A DNA stretch of 64,000 bases from Camelus dromedarius (taxonomy: Eukaryota). Position 1 is the stretch's first letter, and each line of letters starts with the position of its first letter. Position numbers and translations under genes: made by a program. The stretch covers positions 72,666,001 to 72,730,000 of the forward strand of contig NC_087436.1 of NCBI RefSeq assembly GCF_036321535.1. Direction: 5' to 3'. The notes beneath the pieces are model-generated. The model was not told the DNA's origin and searched no databases. It saw only the letters and a program-made list of their open reading frames with translations. Positions 63,539 through 64,000 of the stretch are shown here, in pieces.

Positions 63539-64000
63539 AGTATGATAGAAATTTCCCTACCATTCATGTTTTCAGTTAGGGCTGCCACCATTGTCTGTAT
63601 TGTCCAGGGTAGCAGCATGGGAAAAACATTGCTCTAACAAGTGATCTGCATGAATACACACACACAAAATTCTCAGTGCACCCAGAGGCCCCACACCAGC
63701 AATACTGGAAAGAATGTAGAAGGAAATGCATACATAGCGTAAATCTTCCTGTTGCAACCTCAGAGATCTTTCCTATTCACAGACATCGCCTCAGATTTTG
63801 TGACCGGCTGACACTGGCTAGCTTTATGTATATTAAGCTAAAAAGGAAATAAAAGTTCTTAGTAACATGAACTACAGGATGCTTTGTGGTTATTATGTTG
63901 GGGAGAGATGGTTTGGTTCTGTGGGTTCTATTCAACAGGTATAAAAAGTAGCTAACAAAACCAAGTTATTTTCCGTTCTCCTCATTCATTCATTCCATAA

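Noticed and set aside
1..64000. CRISPR array, operon or other prokaryotic system
   Set aside because: The sequence is mammalian, with no regularly spaced repeat-spacer array and no gene-dense ORF structure.

Overview
Mammalian nuclear DNA: AT-rich, CpG-depleted and intronic or intergenic. It is most likely camelid, because it has a short tRNA-derived SINE of the camelid type and cetartiodactyl-style L1 3' ends, and I saw no Bov-B, Bov-tA or PRE-1. I recognised no protein-coding gene, tRNA, rRNA, known miRNA or CRISPR array. The only ORFs I could assign are broken L1 ORF1/ORF2 pieces. A large part of the window is transposable element remnants: L1, L2, MIR, MaLR/ERVL/ERV1 LTRs, hAT and Tigger MITEs. 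The best-supported unusual observations concern retrotransposition mechanics. They include a TSD-flanked L1 with no poly(A) tail that carries an inverted self-templated insert, a twin-priming L1 inversion, a 46-bp micro-L1 and an L1 5' end joined to an inverted ORF2 piece. There are also small tandem duplications, one with clear junction microhomology. More speculative are a chain of splice-site-bounded candidate exons on the minus strand (possible lncRNA or 5'UTR), a G.U-rich hairpin and CTCF/MEF2-like motifs. Repeat family names come from recalled consensus similarity, not a database search. Old-repeat boundaries are approximate.
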